From: Klebsiella phage vB_KpM_FBKp24
Length of the DNA: 64,000 nt
Sequence record: MW394391.1
Strand: one strand, 5' to 3'
In this document: positions 39,142-49,055 of the stretch, one piece after another
How the letters are laid out: the number at the start of each line of letters is the position of its first letter
How positions within the stretch are numbered: the first letter of the stretch is position 1
Notes under the pieces: model-generated
The model's database searches: none
Told to the model about the DNA's origin: nothing
What the model saw: only the letters and a program-made list of their open reading frames with translations
Made by a program: the position numbers and the translations under genes

Positions 39142-39142
39142 G

Positions 39143-41701
39143 TCACGATTCCTTTATAAAGAAATAATCGTTAAGAGCAAGACGATTATTGAGATAGTAA
39201 AGATTGATGTTCTGTAAGAACTGCCAACGTTTCGTCGTGATTCCGACAGCGGATGAAAACGGGTGCGCATCGATGAAGATATAATTTGTGTTCCAGGTAC
39301 TCCTGCACGGGTCGATGTCTAAATACGCAGTGTACTTAGCCATGATCTTATCCAGAGCGACCTTATCGTTAACACTTAGAGGCTCACTGATCGTCCCGTT
39401 TTCAAGATCAAAGAGTAAACGGGTAATGACAACAGAGAACATTCTGTATCGTTCATTGATCGGGTTCGGTCCCGTTAATTCTTTCTCCGGGAATTTCAAC
39501 GTCATGTAATCATTAACGCGCTTATCGGACTCCGTGCCCATTTCAATCAGTTCCGCGTTGGCATTACTGGAAATACCATAAAGCGGGACATAAACCATTT
39601 CTTCAGAATAAGCCAGTCCATTAGGGAGTAACGGAATTTGTTTTTCATCCGCATCTTCGATGAACGGGACCGTACTGGGGTCTACTAATTTCCCATCGAT
39701 GACAGTCCGAATAACTTTGTCGTCTCGTACATCAAAACGCCCGTTAACACTGACATAACCGTGGTCAACAAATCCAATGCTTTTCGGAGGAGAATGGGTG
39801 ACAGTGGGCGTTTCCCAACCTAAACCAGCAAACGTGAATTTTTGCATCGAGCCGAGCGATTCGTCGTAATAACGATTAGTGATCAAAGTACCCTGATTAC
39901 CAGAAAGAATAAAATCAAGTCCTTCAATCAACGGATGACCGTTCATCCAAACACGTAATTGACGTGGTCGAATAGGTAGTACAGTTCCTGCGGTTTTACT
40001 GTAGGTCAAGGTGAAACGATAAATACCGTCCGAGCTGTCCACTAACTGATCGTAAACCAACGCATCCTTACTAGTGAGAATTAATCCCATGTTTCGTGCT
40101 TTAACGTGAATCCAGGTCACAACGTTATTCAGGACAGTATAGTGCGTTCCTTCGACAGCAGGCACCCATTCACCGGTTAAGACACCATTGTTAATAGGGC
40201 AGGTGAAGAAGTAGTATTGATACTTATCGTCCAATGTGGCGTTATCATTGCTCGGTGACCAAGTAATGGCTTTCGTCCCCCAACCAATAATCCCTTCCAC
40301 CAACGCCGCCGCTTCATCTTTCACGAAATACCGCTCTGCATAACCGTGTTTATGCCACCCCAGTAAAAGGCCGTTCTCGTCGTACTCAAAAAGCGTTGAG
40401 CAAAGCGACAGACCAAAAGGAACGTCGACGTAACCGCCGTTAGAGGAGGGAGTAACTTTCGTCGGGTTTAATGCAAACAGCGTAGCCAACGCATTGTAAC
40501 CGTACGCATTGATTACGTCGGTCGCTGTGAAGCTCGCCCAGAAGTTTCTCATGATGGCGGTATAAAGTGAATTTTCAAGATTTTCAACACGCCATTCTGT
40601 CAGCGTGGAATCAATCCCGATCATCGCCCTTAAAATGTCGGTATCACTTAAGCGGTAAAGGGTTTCGATTCGGTTGACTTCGTGAATCAACGGACGATTG
40701 TAACCGGACTCCCTCAGGTGTAGACGAATATAACAGTTTTCATACGACGTCCAGCCGTCATTGATGTAAGCAGAGACGTAACCGGTGGGAATACTGTAAT
40801 CGGCATGTGTGACGTTCCGTAAGCTGTTTTCTTTATTACGGTGGTAATAACGTCCGCTCAATGCGCTGGCACTGTCGACTTTGTAAAGGTAAAGATCGAT
40901 GTCGTCAACGTAATAAATTTCGTTGTCGTGGGTATTTTTACTCGGGTGCAGTAAATATTTCTTCAGATTATCCAGTGTTGACGTATAATCGTATAACGAT
41001 GAGATTTTAAAATCAACCACATGACTAACCGCAGAGTCGTAGAACGCCTCGATAAGATCCCCAATGGCAATGTCCGTGGATTTGATCTCAGGTTTCCAAA
41101 CCCCATTGTGAAAGATGTTCACAACGCCCGTTAACGCCTGCAGCGGCCGCAGTGCTGTAATAAACGTCGCAATATCGCTTTGACGGACGATTTCTCGTCC
41201 GAGATAAGCAATCTTTTTCCCGATATTGTTACTGCGATCCGAACGGAAAAAAGCGTTGTTGTAAATACGAAGATAAACTTTTTCTTTCGCCAGTTCCCAG
41301 CGTGTAGAATAGTCTTTGATCGCGATAATTAAATTGTCGTCGTAGGTCCGAAGAACGTAACTCGAAAACAAAGGGAGTTTGATCCCCGTTTCCAAATAGA
41401 GGTCAACAACTAAATCGTTGACCTCAGCGTAAGGCCCTAACGCCATCCATACCCCGCGTTTATCGGGAAGTCCTGTACGCCATCTGCTGTTATTCCCGAT
41501 CTGATAAAGATGGTAGACGTCGGTTTCTGTGGGTAACGGGGTGTCAACCCAAAGAATGGAATGAGAGACCTTTACCCCGCTGTCTTTCGTGATTCGTGTT
41601 AAGTCCAGGATTACTTGCCGATCTTGAATAGGCGCGCACCAGAGATTTGTACGTGCATGATCGAGAAGGAAACTTTCAGTAACTGAATTCATTACACGCA
41701 C
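39143..41701 (-). CDS. putative virion structural protein (852 aa)
   Basis: long ORF in the structural operon. Confidence 0.55.
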   Translation of the reverse strand: MRVMNSVTESFLLDHARTNLWCAPIQDRQVILDLTRITKDSGVKVSHSILWVDTPLPTETDVYHLYQIGNNSRWRTGLPDKRGVWMALGPYAEVNDLVVDLYLETGIKLPLFSSYVLRTYDDNLIIAIKDYSTRWELAKEKVYLRIYNNAFFRSDRSNNIGKKIAYLGREIVRQSDIATFITALRPLQALTGVVNIFHNGVWKPEIKSTDIAIGDLIEAFYDSAVSHVVDFKISSLYDYTSTLDNLKKYLLHPSKNTHDNEIYYVDDIDLYLYKVDSASALSGRYYHRNKENSLRNVTHADYSIPTGYVSAYINDGWTSYENCYIRLHLRESGYNRPLIHEVNRIETLYRLSDTDILRAMIGIDSTLTEWRVENLENSLYTAIMRNFWASFTATDVINAYGYNALATLFALNPTKVTPSSNGGYVDVPFGLSLCSTLFEYDENGLLLGWHKHGYAERYFVKDEAAALVEGIIGWGTKAITWSPSNDNATLDDKYQYYFFTCPINNGVLTGEWVPAVEGTHYTVLNNVVTWIHVKARNMGLILTSKDALVYDQLVDSSDGIYRFTLTYSKTAGTVLPIRPRQLRVWMNGHPLIEGLDFILSGNQGTLITNRYYDESLGSMQKFTFAGLGWETPTVTHSPPKSIGFVDHGYVSVNGRFDVRDDKVIRTVIDGKLVDPSTVPFIEDADEKQIPLLPNGLAYSEEMVYVPLYGISSNANAELIEMGTESDKRVNDYMTLKFPEKELTGPNPINERYRMFSVVITRLLFDLENGTISEPLSVNDKVALDKIMAKYTAYLDIDPCRSTWNTNYIFIDAHPFSSAVGITTKRWQFLQNINLYYLNNRLALNDYFFIKES

Positions 41702-41709
41702 CTTTTCGT

Positions 41710-42648
41710 TTAATAAGATTTCTCTTGATGATTAGCCGTCATGGCGATGAGGTCATTGACGCGTCCAATAAACTCGTCGCTCTTCAACCCGCGTCCTTCG
41801 CGGTCAATCAATTGGGTCAGCCACGCTTTACGGTATTGTTTTTCCCCTGCGCAGGAAGAATAGATCATCGCGATGAACATCGGCGGGTATTCCAAAGCAA
41901 CAGCAAGCCATTCACGGACTTCTGAACTACCAAACCAGCTAGTCGAAGTCAGCGTCCAAAGAATGCGTTTGTCCATTCGTTTCAAGGACAAACTCTCGCC
42001 AAATTCCGCCAACGCTTTGCAATAATCGTCCAAGTTGGCCATGTAACCGACCGGGCGCAGCCAGACATCCAGTTTTTGAAAAGGAATGTTCAAAATACGA
42101 CTGATCTTGATACAGAAGACTTCGTGACGACGTTCGTTGAAATCCGCCTCTGCGCAATGCAGACAGTAATAGTAGTAGGCAGTGATAGCCTTTACTTTTT
42201 CACTGGTCATTTCGTTGAGGTTGAGTTTATTCTTTAATAAACCGGTCAACCACTTGGCGAAAATCGCCAGCGGTACATCGATATTGAAATAGAACGCATC
42301 AGTGTTTCCTTCGGCCCAGGCCATTTCTAACACTGCTCTGCGAAAAACAATCCCCGCTGAACCTTCATTATTAAAGTCAACAGACCCATCGCTGTTGAGA
42401 GTGAGCACATTACGGTAAGGACGTAAATCAATGTATGTATAAGGAACACCTTGAACATCCTGCGCAAACGGATGACGAAAAATAGGGATACTCTCTAACT
42501 GCGGACTCTTTTCAATGGCGGCCAGCAACCCTTTAAAACGGTTAACTGGGGTCAGCGCTCCCTCGGCTTTTGCGATCAAAAGTTTCCCCGGTAAGCTACT
42601 TGGGAAAACAGAACTACCCGCTGAAGTTTCGAAACTGTGTTTAAACAT
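41710..42648 (-). CDS. putative virion or morphogenesis protein (312 aa)
   Basis: first gene of the - strand structural operon. Confidence 0.5.
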   Translation of the reverse strand: MFKHSFETSAGSSVFPSSLPGKLLIAKAEGALTPVNRFKGLLAAIEKSPQLESIPIFRHPFAQDVQGVPYTYIDLRPYRNVLTLNSDGSVDFNNEGSAGIVFRRAVLEMAWAEGNTDAFYFNIDVPLAIFAKWLTGLLKNKLNLNEMTSEKVKAITAYYYYCLHCAEADFNERRHEVFCIKISRILNIPFQKLDVWLRPVGYMANLDDYCKALAEFGESLSLKRMDKRILWTLTSTSWFGSSEVREWLAVALEYPPMFIAMIYSSCAGEKQYRKAWLTQLIDREGRGLKSDEFIGRVNDLIAMTANHQEKSY

Positions 42649-42811
42649 TACTTAATTCTCCAATTATGGCCATACCCTACAGAATGTTAATATGACGACT
42701 TACCCTATTTACCCGTAAACTATGGTTTACAAATCCCCAAGCTTGGGACTAGCGTCACTATGACTGTACATAATTTATGCGGTACCTACTCTTTTTAAGA
42801 GGCAAAAAGAC

Positions 42812-44881
42812 ATGTCTGAACAAATCACGGGATCAACACCCAGAATTTATTACCGTGGTACGAAGGATAGTTCAGTAACTCGTTCTACGGGTTCGACGAC
42901 TACCCTTCCGCTCCATCGGCCCTTAATCATGTTCTTCGGCCAAAAAGGCCCGACCGTTCCGACATGGATCGATCCGGTGAAATTCGAAGACATCTACGGC
43001 AGCGAAACCACCAATCTGTCCGGTGTTTACTGCACCCACTCCACCCCTTTCATCAAAGAAGCGATTGCAGCTGGTAATCAGTTCATGGCACTGCGTCTGG
43101 AACCGTCCGATATTCCAGATGTAGCAACCCTTGGACTTTCTGTTGATTGGGTAAAGACCAAGATTGACGACTACGAACGCAACGACGACGGTACTTATAA
43201 GCTGGATACTAACGGCGATAAAATTCCGCTCGCCACGCAAATTGACGGGATAAAATTCCGGTTCGTTCTCGAGAAAATCGAAACCAACGAATCCGGTGTG
43301 AGCCAGTATAAAAAACGTACGGCTAAAGCCGGGACCATCGGTACCGAAGCGACGCCGTCAACGATTACTCCGCTGGCCGATTTCCGTTGCCGTTTCAAAT
43401 CGTCGCTGGGCGCTAACACTGCGCTGCGAATCTGGGCACCTACGATTAACTCCGCGCAGGCTGCTGACGCCGATTTACAGGCTCGTATCAAATCCTTCCT
43501 GTATCGCTTCCAGATTCTGACCCGCGCAGATAAAGCAAGCTCACCGACGATTTTTGAGACCATCTATAATGAACCATCATTATCGGTCGGTTTCGGGGAA
43601 AATCTGGTTGATCCACAGACCGAAGTGGTCTACGACTTCGTTGAACGAATCGACAGTCGCTATAACGATGAAGACCCGTCCACTTACCTGATGTCGCCGC
43701 TGGATACGCCGTATCTGTATCAAGCCAACATCGATAGCGTTCTGACCGCCATCCAGGAACTGGAAGCGCCGTTCGACACAGTTTCTGCCGACGAAGATGA
43801 TCTGTATCAGATTAACCTCTTCGGGGCTCAAACCGTAGAAGGCGTCCCGTACCATGCGGTGCAAATCCTGGGTGTACTCGATGGTGGCGTTACGCTGACC
43901 GAAACGGCGACCAATTACCTCCAGGGTGGCGGTGACGGTACACTGGGTAACGACAGCTTTAACGCTGCAGCGTATGCGGTACTGTCGAATCTGAGCAATA
44001 ACGCGGCGTTCAATATCACCAACTATGCGCGTTATCCGTTCAACGCATTTTGGGATTCCGGTTTCGACCTGAAAACCAAACAAACTATTCCGCAGCTGAT
44101 CGGTTTGCGTGCAGACACCTGGATCGCGCTGTCCACGCAGGATATTTCGTCGGACTTTAACTCCAACGAAGAAGAAGAGTCTATTGCGCTCTCCTTGATG
44201 TCTCGCGTCTCTGCGTTCCCGGACTCCTCTGACTTTGGTACCCCGGCATTCCGCGGTATGATTGTCGGTGGTGCAGGGTACTACACCGAAACCACCCGTA
44301 AGCTGCCGGTACCGTTGACACTGGACCGTTTCCGTGCCTACTGTCGTTATGCAGGCGCATCTGACGGAGTGCTCAAACCTGAATACGCTGTCGACGAAGG
44401 TGATGCACGTAAGGTCCAAGTTGTGAAAAGTATCAATAACCTGGATAAATCGTGGCGTGTCCGTCGCGCGCAATGGAATAACAACCTGGTCTATGTGGAA
44501 GACTACGACACCAACTCCCAGTTCTATCCGGGACAACAGTCGTTCTACTCCGAACAAGGTTCTGTTCTCAAAGCAGCAATTGTCGGTTTGTGCGTAGCCA
44601 ACCTGAACCGTTTCGCGTTTGAAGCATGGCGTGATCTCACCGGTACTCAGAAACTGACCGACGACCAACTGATCGAACGGTCTGATGACGCTGTGAGTAC
44701 TCGCGGTACGGGCGCGTTTGACGATCGCCTGATCTTTACCCCGCATTCTGAAATCACTCAGGCGGATAAAGAGCGCGGTTACAGCTGGTCTATGCGTATT
44801 GACTTCGGTGCTAACGCATTCCGCACCGTGATGGATATGTCTTCTGTCGCATACACCAGAGAGGAATTAGCAAATGGCTAA
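42812..44881 (+). CDS. tail sheath protein (689 aa)
   Basis: size and position immediately upstream of a ~290-aa tube-sized gene; strong SD AAGAGG; GC3-rich codon usage; comparable in size to phiKZ gp29. Confidence 0.6.
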   Translation: MSEQITGSTPRIYYRGTKDSSVTRSTGSTTTLPLHRPLIMFFGQKGPTVPTWIDPVKFEDIYGSETTNLSGVYCTHSTPFIKEAIAAGNQFMALRLEPSDIPDVATLGLSVDWVKTKIDDYERNDDGTYKLDTNGDKIPLATQIDGIKFRFVLEKIETNESGVSQYKKRTAKAGTIGTEATPSTITPLADFRCRFKSSLGANTALRIWAPTINSAQAADADLQARIKSFLYRFQILTRADKASSPTIFETIYNEPSLSVGFGENLVDPQTEVVYDFVERIDSRYNDEDPSTYLMSPLDTPYLYQANIDSVLTAIQELEAPFDTVSADEDDLYQINLFGAQTVEGVPYHAVQILGVLDGGVTLTETATNYLQGGGDGTLGNDSFNAAAYAVLSNLSNNAAFNITNYARYPFNAFWDSGFDLKTKQTIPQLIGLRADTWIALSTQDISSDFNSNEEEESIALSLMSRVSAFPDSSDFGTPAFRGMIVGGAGYYTETTRKLPVPLTLDRFRAYCRYAGASDGVLKPEYAVDEGDARKVQVVKSINNLDKSWRVRRAQWNNNLVYVEDYDTNSQFYPGQQSFYSEQGSVLKAAIVGLCVANLNRFAFEAWRDLTGTQKLTDDQLIERSDDAVSTRGTGAFDDRLIFTPHSEITQADKERGYSWSMRIDFGANAFRTVMDMSSVAYTREELANG

Positions 44882-45749
44882 GAAAGATCCTAACACGATC
44901 ATGAGTGCTAATAGTTCGTACGCTAACGGGGCCAATGGTTCCGTTACTAACCTGGAGATCCCAGCAGCGTTCGGCTATACGCCTGATTTTCGTTACTACC
45001 ATGCTGCGGCCGATTATACACGTCGCCCAACAATCGCGTTCCTGATGGAACTCCCCAACTGTTTCAAAGACACCGATGATGCAGCGAAATGGGGCGGTTC
45101 CCTGAAAGCGTTAATCGAGATGCATTCTCGTACAATCGATGGCCTCGACTATACGTTGGAAGTGGAACACGTTGAAACGCCATTCGGTGGCGGCGGCGAA
45201 ATGATGCAGACCTTGTCTAAGGTTCGTCGTGCTCGCTCGGTCCCGGTGTTTACCTGGGTGGAAAAAATCGGGATGCCGGTTTCCCGCTTCTGGAACAACT
45301 ATATCCTCTACTTCATGGGTGAACCTAACTCTAACGTAGCGGGTATTATCGGTAAAGGTGGAATCACTCCGGCCGCAACTTATCCGGATTATAACACTTT
45401 CTCCGTACTCTTCGTTGAACCGGATCCTACCGAACGTTACGCACTGCGTTCTACGTTGATCACCAACATGCAACCGACCGGACAAGGTCCGGAAATGCGC
45501 ATGTCGAAAGACCAGACTTCTTCGCCAGAACAGCTTCAGATCTCTCAGACCTTTACGGGTCTTCAGATGGTCGGTCGCGGTGTTGACAAACTGGGCCAGA
45601 TGATGCTCGATCGCGCATCACAAACCGGTATTGACCTGAATGCTCAACCGGCATTCCTCTCAGACCGTGAAGCCGACGTCGCTGCACGTACTGACGGTTA
45701 TATCGATCAGCTTGTCTCTTCGTTATCCAAACCGGGCGTGGCAATCTAA
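44874..45749 (+). CDS. tail tube protein (291 aa)
   Basis: follows the sheath gene with an 8-nt overlap; size matches phiKZ-type tube; strong terminator after it. Confidence 0.55.
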   Translation: MAKKDPNTIMSANSSYANGANGSVTNLEIPAAFGYTPDFRYYHAAADYTRRPTIAFLMELPNCFKDTDDAAKWGGSLKALIEMHSRTIDGLDYTLEVEHVETPFGGGGEMMQTLSKVRRARSVPVFTWVEKIGMPVSRFWNNYILYFMGEPNSNVAGIIGKGGITPAATYPDYNTFSVLFVEPDPTERYALRSTLITNMQPTGQGPEMRMSKDQTSSPEQLQISQTFTGLQMVGRGVDKLGQMMLDRASQTGIDLNAQPAFLSDREADVAARTDGYIDQLVSSLSKPGVAI

Positions 45750-45759
45750 TAAGACATAC

Positions 45760-45800
45760 TCCTCAGAGAACCTTCGGGTTCTCTGAGGTTTATTTTGCTG
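45760..45800 (+). terminator. intrinsic terminator (cctcagagaacc-ttcg-ggttctctgagg) followed by TTTATTTTG
   Basis: 12-bp stem plus U-tract. Confidence 0.7.
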
Positions 45801-45879
45801 AGATAAAACATTTGACTAAATGACCAAATAAGGGTATTCTTGAAGCGGTAAATATGACTCGTTAATTAAGAGGTGAATT

Positions 45880-46524
45880 ATGTTTGATAAAAACTCAGCA
45901 CTTAAGTTACAACAGTCCCTTAAAACCGCAGGTTTCGACCCTAAAGGAATCGACGGTTTGTGGGGTACAAATTCCCAAAAGGCTTTAGATGCATCGTTCG
46001 CTAAATACGACATTGCATGGAGTAAAAGAGTCGCCCCTGAATTTGTGGCAAAAGTAAAAGACATTGTTTCGAAAATTGGTGGAGATCCCAGCCACTTAAT
46101 GTCATGTATGGCATTCGAAACCGGTCGTACATTTAGCCCCACTATTCAGAATGGAGCCGGTGCTCCTTACTACGGACTTATTCAGGGCGGTGCTGCATTC
46201 TGTAAGGATGTAGGAATTACGCTGGATCAGTGGAGAGGTATGACAGCCTTACAACAGCTTGATTACGTCTATAAATGGTATCTTCCGTACAAAGGAAAAC
46301 TTGAAGACCTTCCATCATGGTACATGCGCATACTCTGGCCGGTCGCAGTTAACAAACCCGACACGTACGTGTTATGGGACAATAAGACACGACCAACCAC
46401 ATACGCGCAGAATAAAGGACTGGATGTGAACAAGGATGGCGTTATTACTCGAGCAGAAGTATCAAAAGTTATTTACAACATGTATGCGGAAGGTTGTTTG
46501 ATCGAGAACCGCCGACCGCTTTAA
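45880..46524 (+). CDS. endolysin with N-terminal peptidoglycan-binding domain (PG_binding_1-like) and C-terminal catalytic domain
   Basis: LQQSLKTAGFDPKGIDGLWGTNSQKAL matches the PG-binding repeat; AAGAGGTGA SD. Confidence 0.7.
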   Translation: MFDKNSALKLQQSLKTAGFDPKGIDGLWGTNSQKALDASFAKYDIAWSKRVAPEFVAKVKDIVSKIGGDPSHLMSCMAFETGRTFSPTIQNGAGAPYYGLIQGGAAFCKDVGITLDQWRGMTALQQLDYVYKWYLPYKGKLEDLPSWYMRILWPVAVNKPDTYVLWDNKTRPTTYAQNKGLDVNKDGVITRAEVSKVIYNMYAEGCLIENRRPL

Positions 46525-46534
46525 GCGAGGCGTT

Positions 46535-46648
46535 ATGGGAGCAACTACCCTGTCGGGTGGAGATGTATTGATTATTTGCGCCGGAATCCTTATTACCATG
46601 GCTGCAACAGCATTCGTTCTTTCACTCTTGTTCGACGATAAAAAATAA
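46535..46648 (+). CDS. 37-aa single-TM peptide (MGATTLSGGDVLIICAGILITMAATAFVLSLLFDDKK); possible holin- or spanin-like lysis accessory
   Basis: immediately follows the endolysin; hydrophobic core; absent from the ORF track because it is under 60 aa. Confidence 0.4.
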   Translation: MGATTLSGGDVLIICAGILITMAATAFVLSLLFDDKK

Positions 46649-46659
46649 AAAGATAAAGT

Positions 46660-46700
46660 ACACAGAGGAGAGAGCCTAGGCTCTCTCCTCTGGTTTTGTC
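46660..46700. terminator. bidirectional terminator (agaggagagagcc..ggctctctcctct) followed by GGTTTTGTC
   Basis: 13-bp stem. Confidence 0.65.
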
Positions 46701-46702
46701 AC

Positions 46703-47299
46703 TCAACTTAAATGCTTAATTGCGAGATCAAACATTTTTTGCTTTACATCATCGAACCCGTAAAGACGTTGATAGGCGGTTTGGTTTTGATTCCAAAGTT
46801 TGTCCATTAAGAAGACATTGCTCACTTCAGAAGCGTCAGTACCGCCCCAATGCGGATTATCATCAAAGAGATAATAATCATACCCTTTTAAGTTGGCGTC
46901 CAGCCAAGTCTTTTTACAGGGGACTTTCTCAGGGTCTAAGAAGACCCCTTCCATTTCAACGCCAAGGCGGTCAAACTGCCGCTGCGTAAATTCAGCAGCG
47001 CGAGGGTGATACCCGCGGTGCGTAGCGAACATCGTTTGTAGGCGCGCTCCAAAGACCGTTTGCATTTCTTTAATCAAAGCAGGAAGAGCTTCAAAACCAG
47101 GCACCCAGTCCGCGTGTTCCATGAACGAACCGTCTTCTAAAACCGCCTTGAGGAAAGGAGCCTCAAACGGATCCGTACGCGAAAGTCGATTTTTCCAAAC
47201 CAGCCCGCAGTTAAACGTATCGTTAATCCAGCGTGTCATGGCTTTTTCGGTTTCAAACTTGGTGTCATCCAAGTCAAACACGAACATTACTTTTTTCAC
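46703..47299 (-). CDS. HAD-superfamily phosphatase, likely 5'(3')-nucleotidase-like
   Basis: motif I VFDLDDT at the N-terminus; GTG start with AAGGAA SD. Confidence 0.6.
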   Translation of the reverse strand: MKKVMFVFDLDDTKFETEKAMTRWINDTFNCGLVWKNRLSRTDPFEAPFLKAVLEDGSFMEHADWVPGFEALPALIKEMQTVFGARLQTMFATHRGYHPRAAEFTQRQFDRLGVEMEGVFLDPEKVPCKKTWLDANLKGYDYYLFDDNPHWGGTDASEVSNVFLMDKLWNQNQTAYQRLYGFDDVKQKMFDLAIKHLS

Positions 47300-47799
47300 G
47301 ATTTAAGTTTCCTTTGCAGATAAAGATCCAGTGAATCTTTGAGTTTTTCCAAATACTGCTGACAAGAACTGGATAACGTGATTTTCCCACTGGGGCCGGA
47401 AATTGTCAATAGACCGTAGGATAGGGATAATACGTTAAACGCAGCCAGATCCACCAGAATCGTGTGCGAACCCCAAGACACAATAATCTCCAAGTCTTGT
47501 ACAAAACGCGTTTTGGGGGCTTCTGAGGAGTTCTCGTAGACATTCTCGTGAAGTTTGTAGTCACTCCATTGTGCAGTGATGTACTCGTACACAGTTTCCG
47601 CTTCAAAGATGTCATCAGTTTCGATATTGATATTAACATCATCGTAGTTACGTACATTGACGTACGTAGACGGACAGACAAGACCTACGCTCTGGCCTTT
47701 TTTAACAAACTTGATCTTTTCCAGATCTACGTAAAACGTCCCTTTAGCCGTTGTGATAAACAACGTAGTATTATTGATTCTCTGGAGTATTGAATTCAT
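47296..47799 (-). CDS. hypothetical protein (167 aa)
   Basis: ORF. Confidence 0.55.
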   Translation of the reverse strand: MNSILQRINNTTLFITTAKGTFYVDLEKIKFVKKGQSVGLVCPSTYVNVRNYDDVNINIETDDIFEAETVYEYITAQWSDYKLHENVYENSSEAPKTRFVQDLEIIVSWGSHTILVDLAAFNVLSLSYGLLTISGPSGKITLSSSCQQYLEKLKDSLDLYLQRKLKS

Positions 47800-48715
47800 T
47801 GTTACTTACCTTATTGATGTTTTGGAGAATAAGTGCGTGTAAAATATCAAACGAAACAGGGTAATCAAAGACCCCGCCCGCAGCGTCGGGGTGCCCACCG
47901 CCGTTAAAGTCGTGTGCGAGTCTTTGCGCCCAACCCGTCCCTTTACGAGAACGGAAAGAAAGACCTAAACCTTTTTTGTTTAACGTTACGTTTACAACGA
48001 GGTCTACGTCATCTCTTTTTGCTAACAGCATCGAGGCTGCCTCAGATGCGTAATAGTACGGTGCCGAAAGATAAACCGCAGTAAACTGGAAAACGCCATT
48101 TGTTTCCACCGGGAAACATACTTTTTTATCGAGATGAAACGTGATATTTTTATTTCTGGATTCGATGAGTAAATCAACGACAGGTCGGATTTCCGCCTCC
48201 ACTCTTTCTTTGCTATACTCTAGCAGCGCGTTGAACGGCGGGAAGATATCTTCTTTGTTACCCTTCTTCAGGAAACGAACGAAGTACTCGTGATATTCCC
48301 GTTCACTGTCCGTAGCAATCCACAAATCTCGATTGTTAATCAAACGAATAACTTCCGGCATCTCGCCGTGGTTCAAATACTTCCAGGTTAAACCAGAACC
48401 AGCCAGATTACGATCAAAGTGAACGATAGTACCGGGGAAGATTGATCGGATGGTTTTACAATCCTCTTCTTTATCGTCGTGGTGATCGAGGATAACCAAT
48501 CCGCCTAATAAATGTTTGTTTTCTTCTACCCATTCTACCGGCGGGGTGAAATCGAGGAAATGAGCGTAGTGCTTTTTACCTTCCTCAAGTTTTGGCATGG
48601 CGCGGTAGTTTACCGGAACAAATGTCGGTTTGTCAGAGTACTTGTAGAAAAGTGCCGCTGCCGCGAAACCATCCATGCAAAGATCGTGATAAAAAACAAT
48701 TAATTCAGTTTCCAT
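47771..48715 (-). CDS. DHH/DHHA1-family phosphoesterase (NrnA/RecJ-like nanoRNase or oligonucleotide phosphodiesterase)
   Basis: YHDLCMDGFAAA (motif I), ILDHHDD (DHH motif), NGGGHPDAAGG (DHHA1 GGGH); ATG verified. Confidence 0.75.
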   Translation of the reverse strand: METELIVFYHDLCMDGFAAAALFYKYSDKPTFVPVNYRAMPKLEEGKKHYAHFLDFTPPVEWVEENKHLLGGLVILDHHDDKEEDCKTIRSIFPGTIVHFDRNLAGSGLTWKYLNHGEMPEVIRLINNRDLWIATDSEREYHEYFVRFLKKGNKEDIFPPFNALLEYSKERVEAEIRPVVDLLIESRNKNITFHLDKKVCFPVETNGVFQFTAVYLSAPYYYASEAASMLLAKRDDVDLVVNVTLNKKGLGLSFRSRKGTGWAQRLAHDFNGGGHPDAAGGVFDYPVSFDILHALILQNINKVSNNEFNTPENQ

Positions 48716-48770
48716 TTTACTTCCTCAACAAAAAAATAAATTAGGGGAGAATTTTCTCCCCTAATAGAGT

Positions 48771-49055
48771 TTAGACTATTTTCAATATCTGGCGATGGTA
48801 ATAACGCTCAGTCAGTGCATTCAGTGAAAATTCTGCACTTTCAGGACGCGCAATAAAATCATCGCAAACCTTCTGGGTTTCTTCAAAGACCAGACGCTTA
48901 CGAATACGTTCTGCAACACGCCGTACCATTTTGGCTTTACCTTTGTGTTCCCGAAACCCGATAGCCAAAGTGACTAACAAATCGATCATCTCATGATCGA
49001 GAGCGATATTTCTGCTCATCCGGCAATATCTACATTTGAGTAGAGAACGGAACAA
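48771..49055 (-). CDS. hypothetical basic protein (94 aa)
   Basis: ORF. Confidence 0.45.
   Translation of the reverse strand: MFRSLLKCRYCRMSRNIALDHEMIDLLVTLAIGFREHKGKAKMVRRVAERIRKRLVFEETQKVCDDFIARPESAEFSLNALTERYYHRQILKIV

Noticed and set aside
43580-44746. 388-aa - strand ORF inside the tail sheath gene (also 42923..43240, 43195..43563, 45111..45485)
   Set aside because: Shadow ORFs on the antisense of highly GC3-biased genes. The translations are Arg/Val-rich and low-complexity.
45800-45850. Host sigma70 promoter TTGACT-N17-TATTCT upstream of the endolysin
   Set aside because: phiKZ-type phages transcribe independently of host RNAP, and a single hexamer match is expected by chance in AT-rich spacers. 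Noted but not called.
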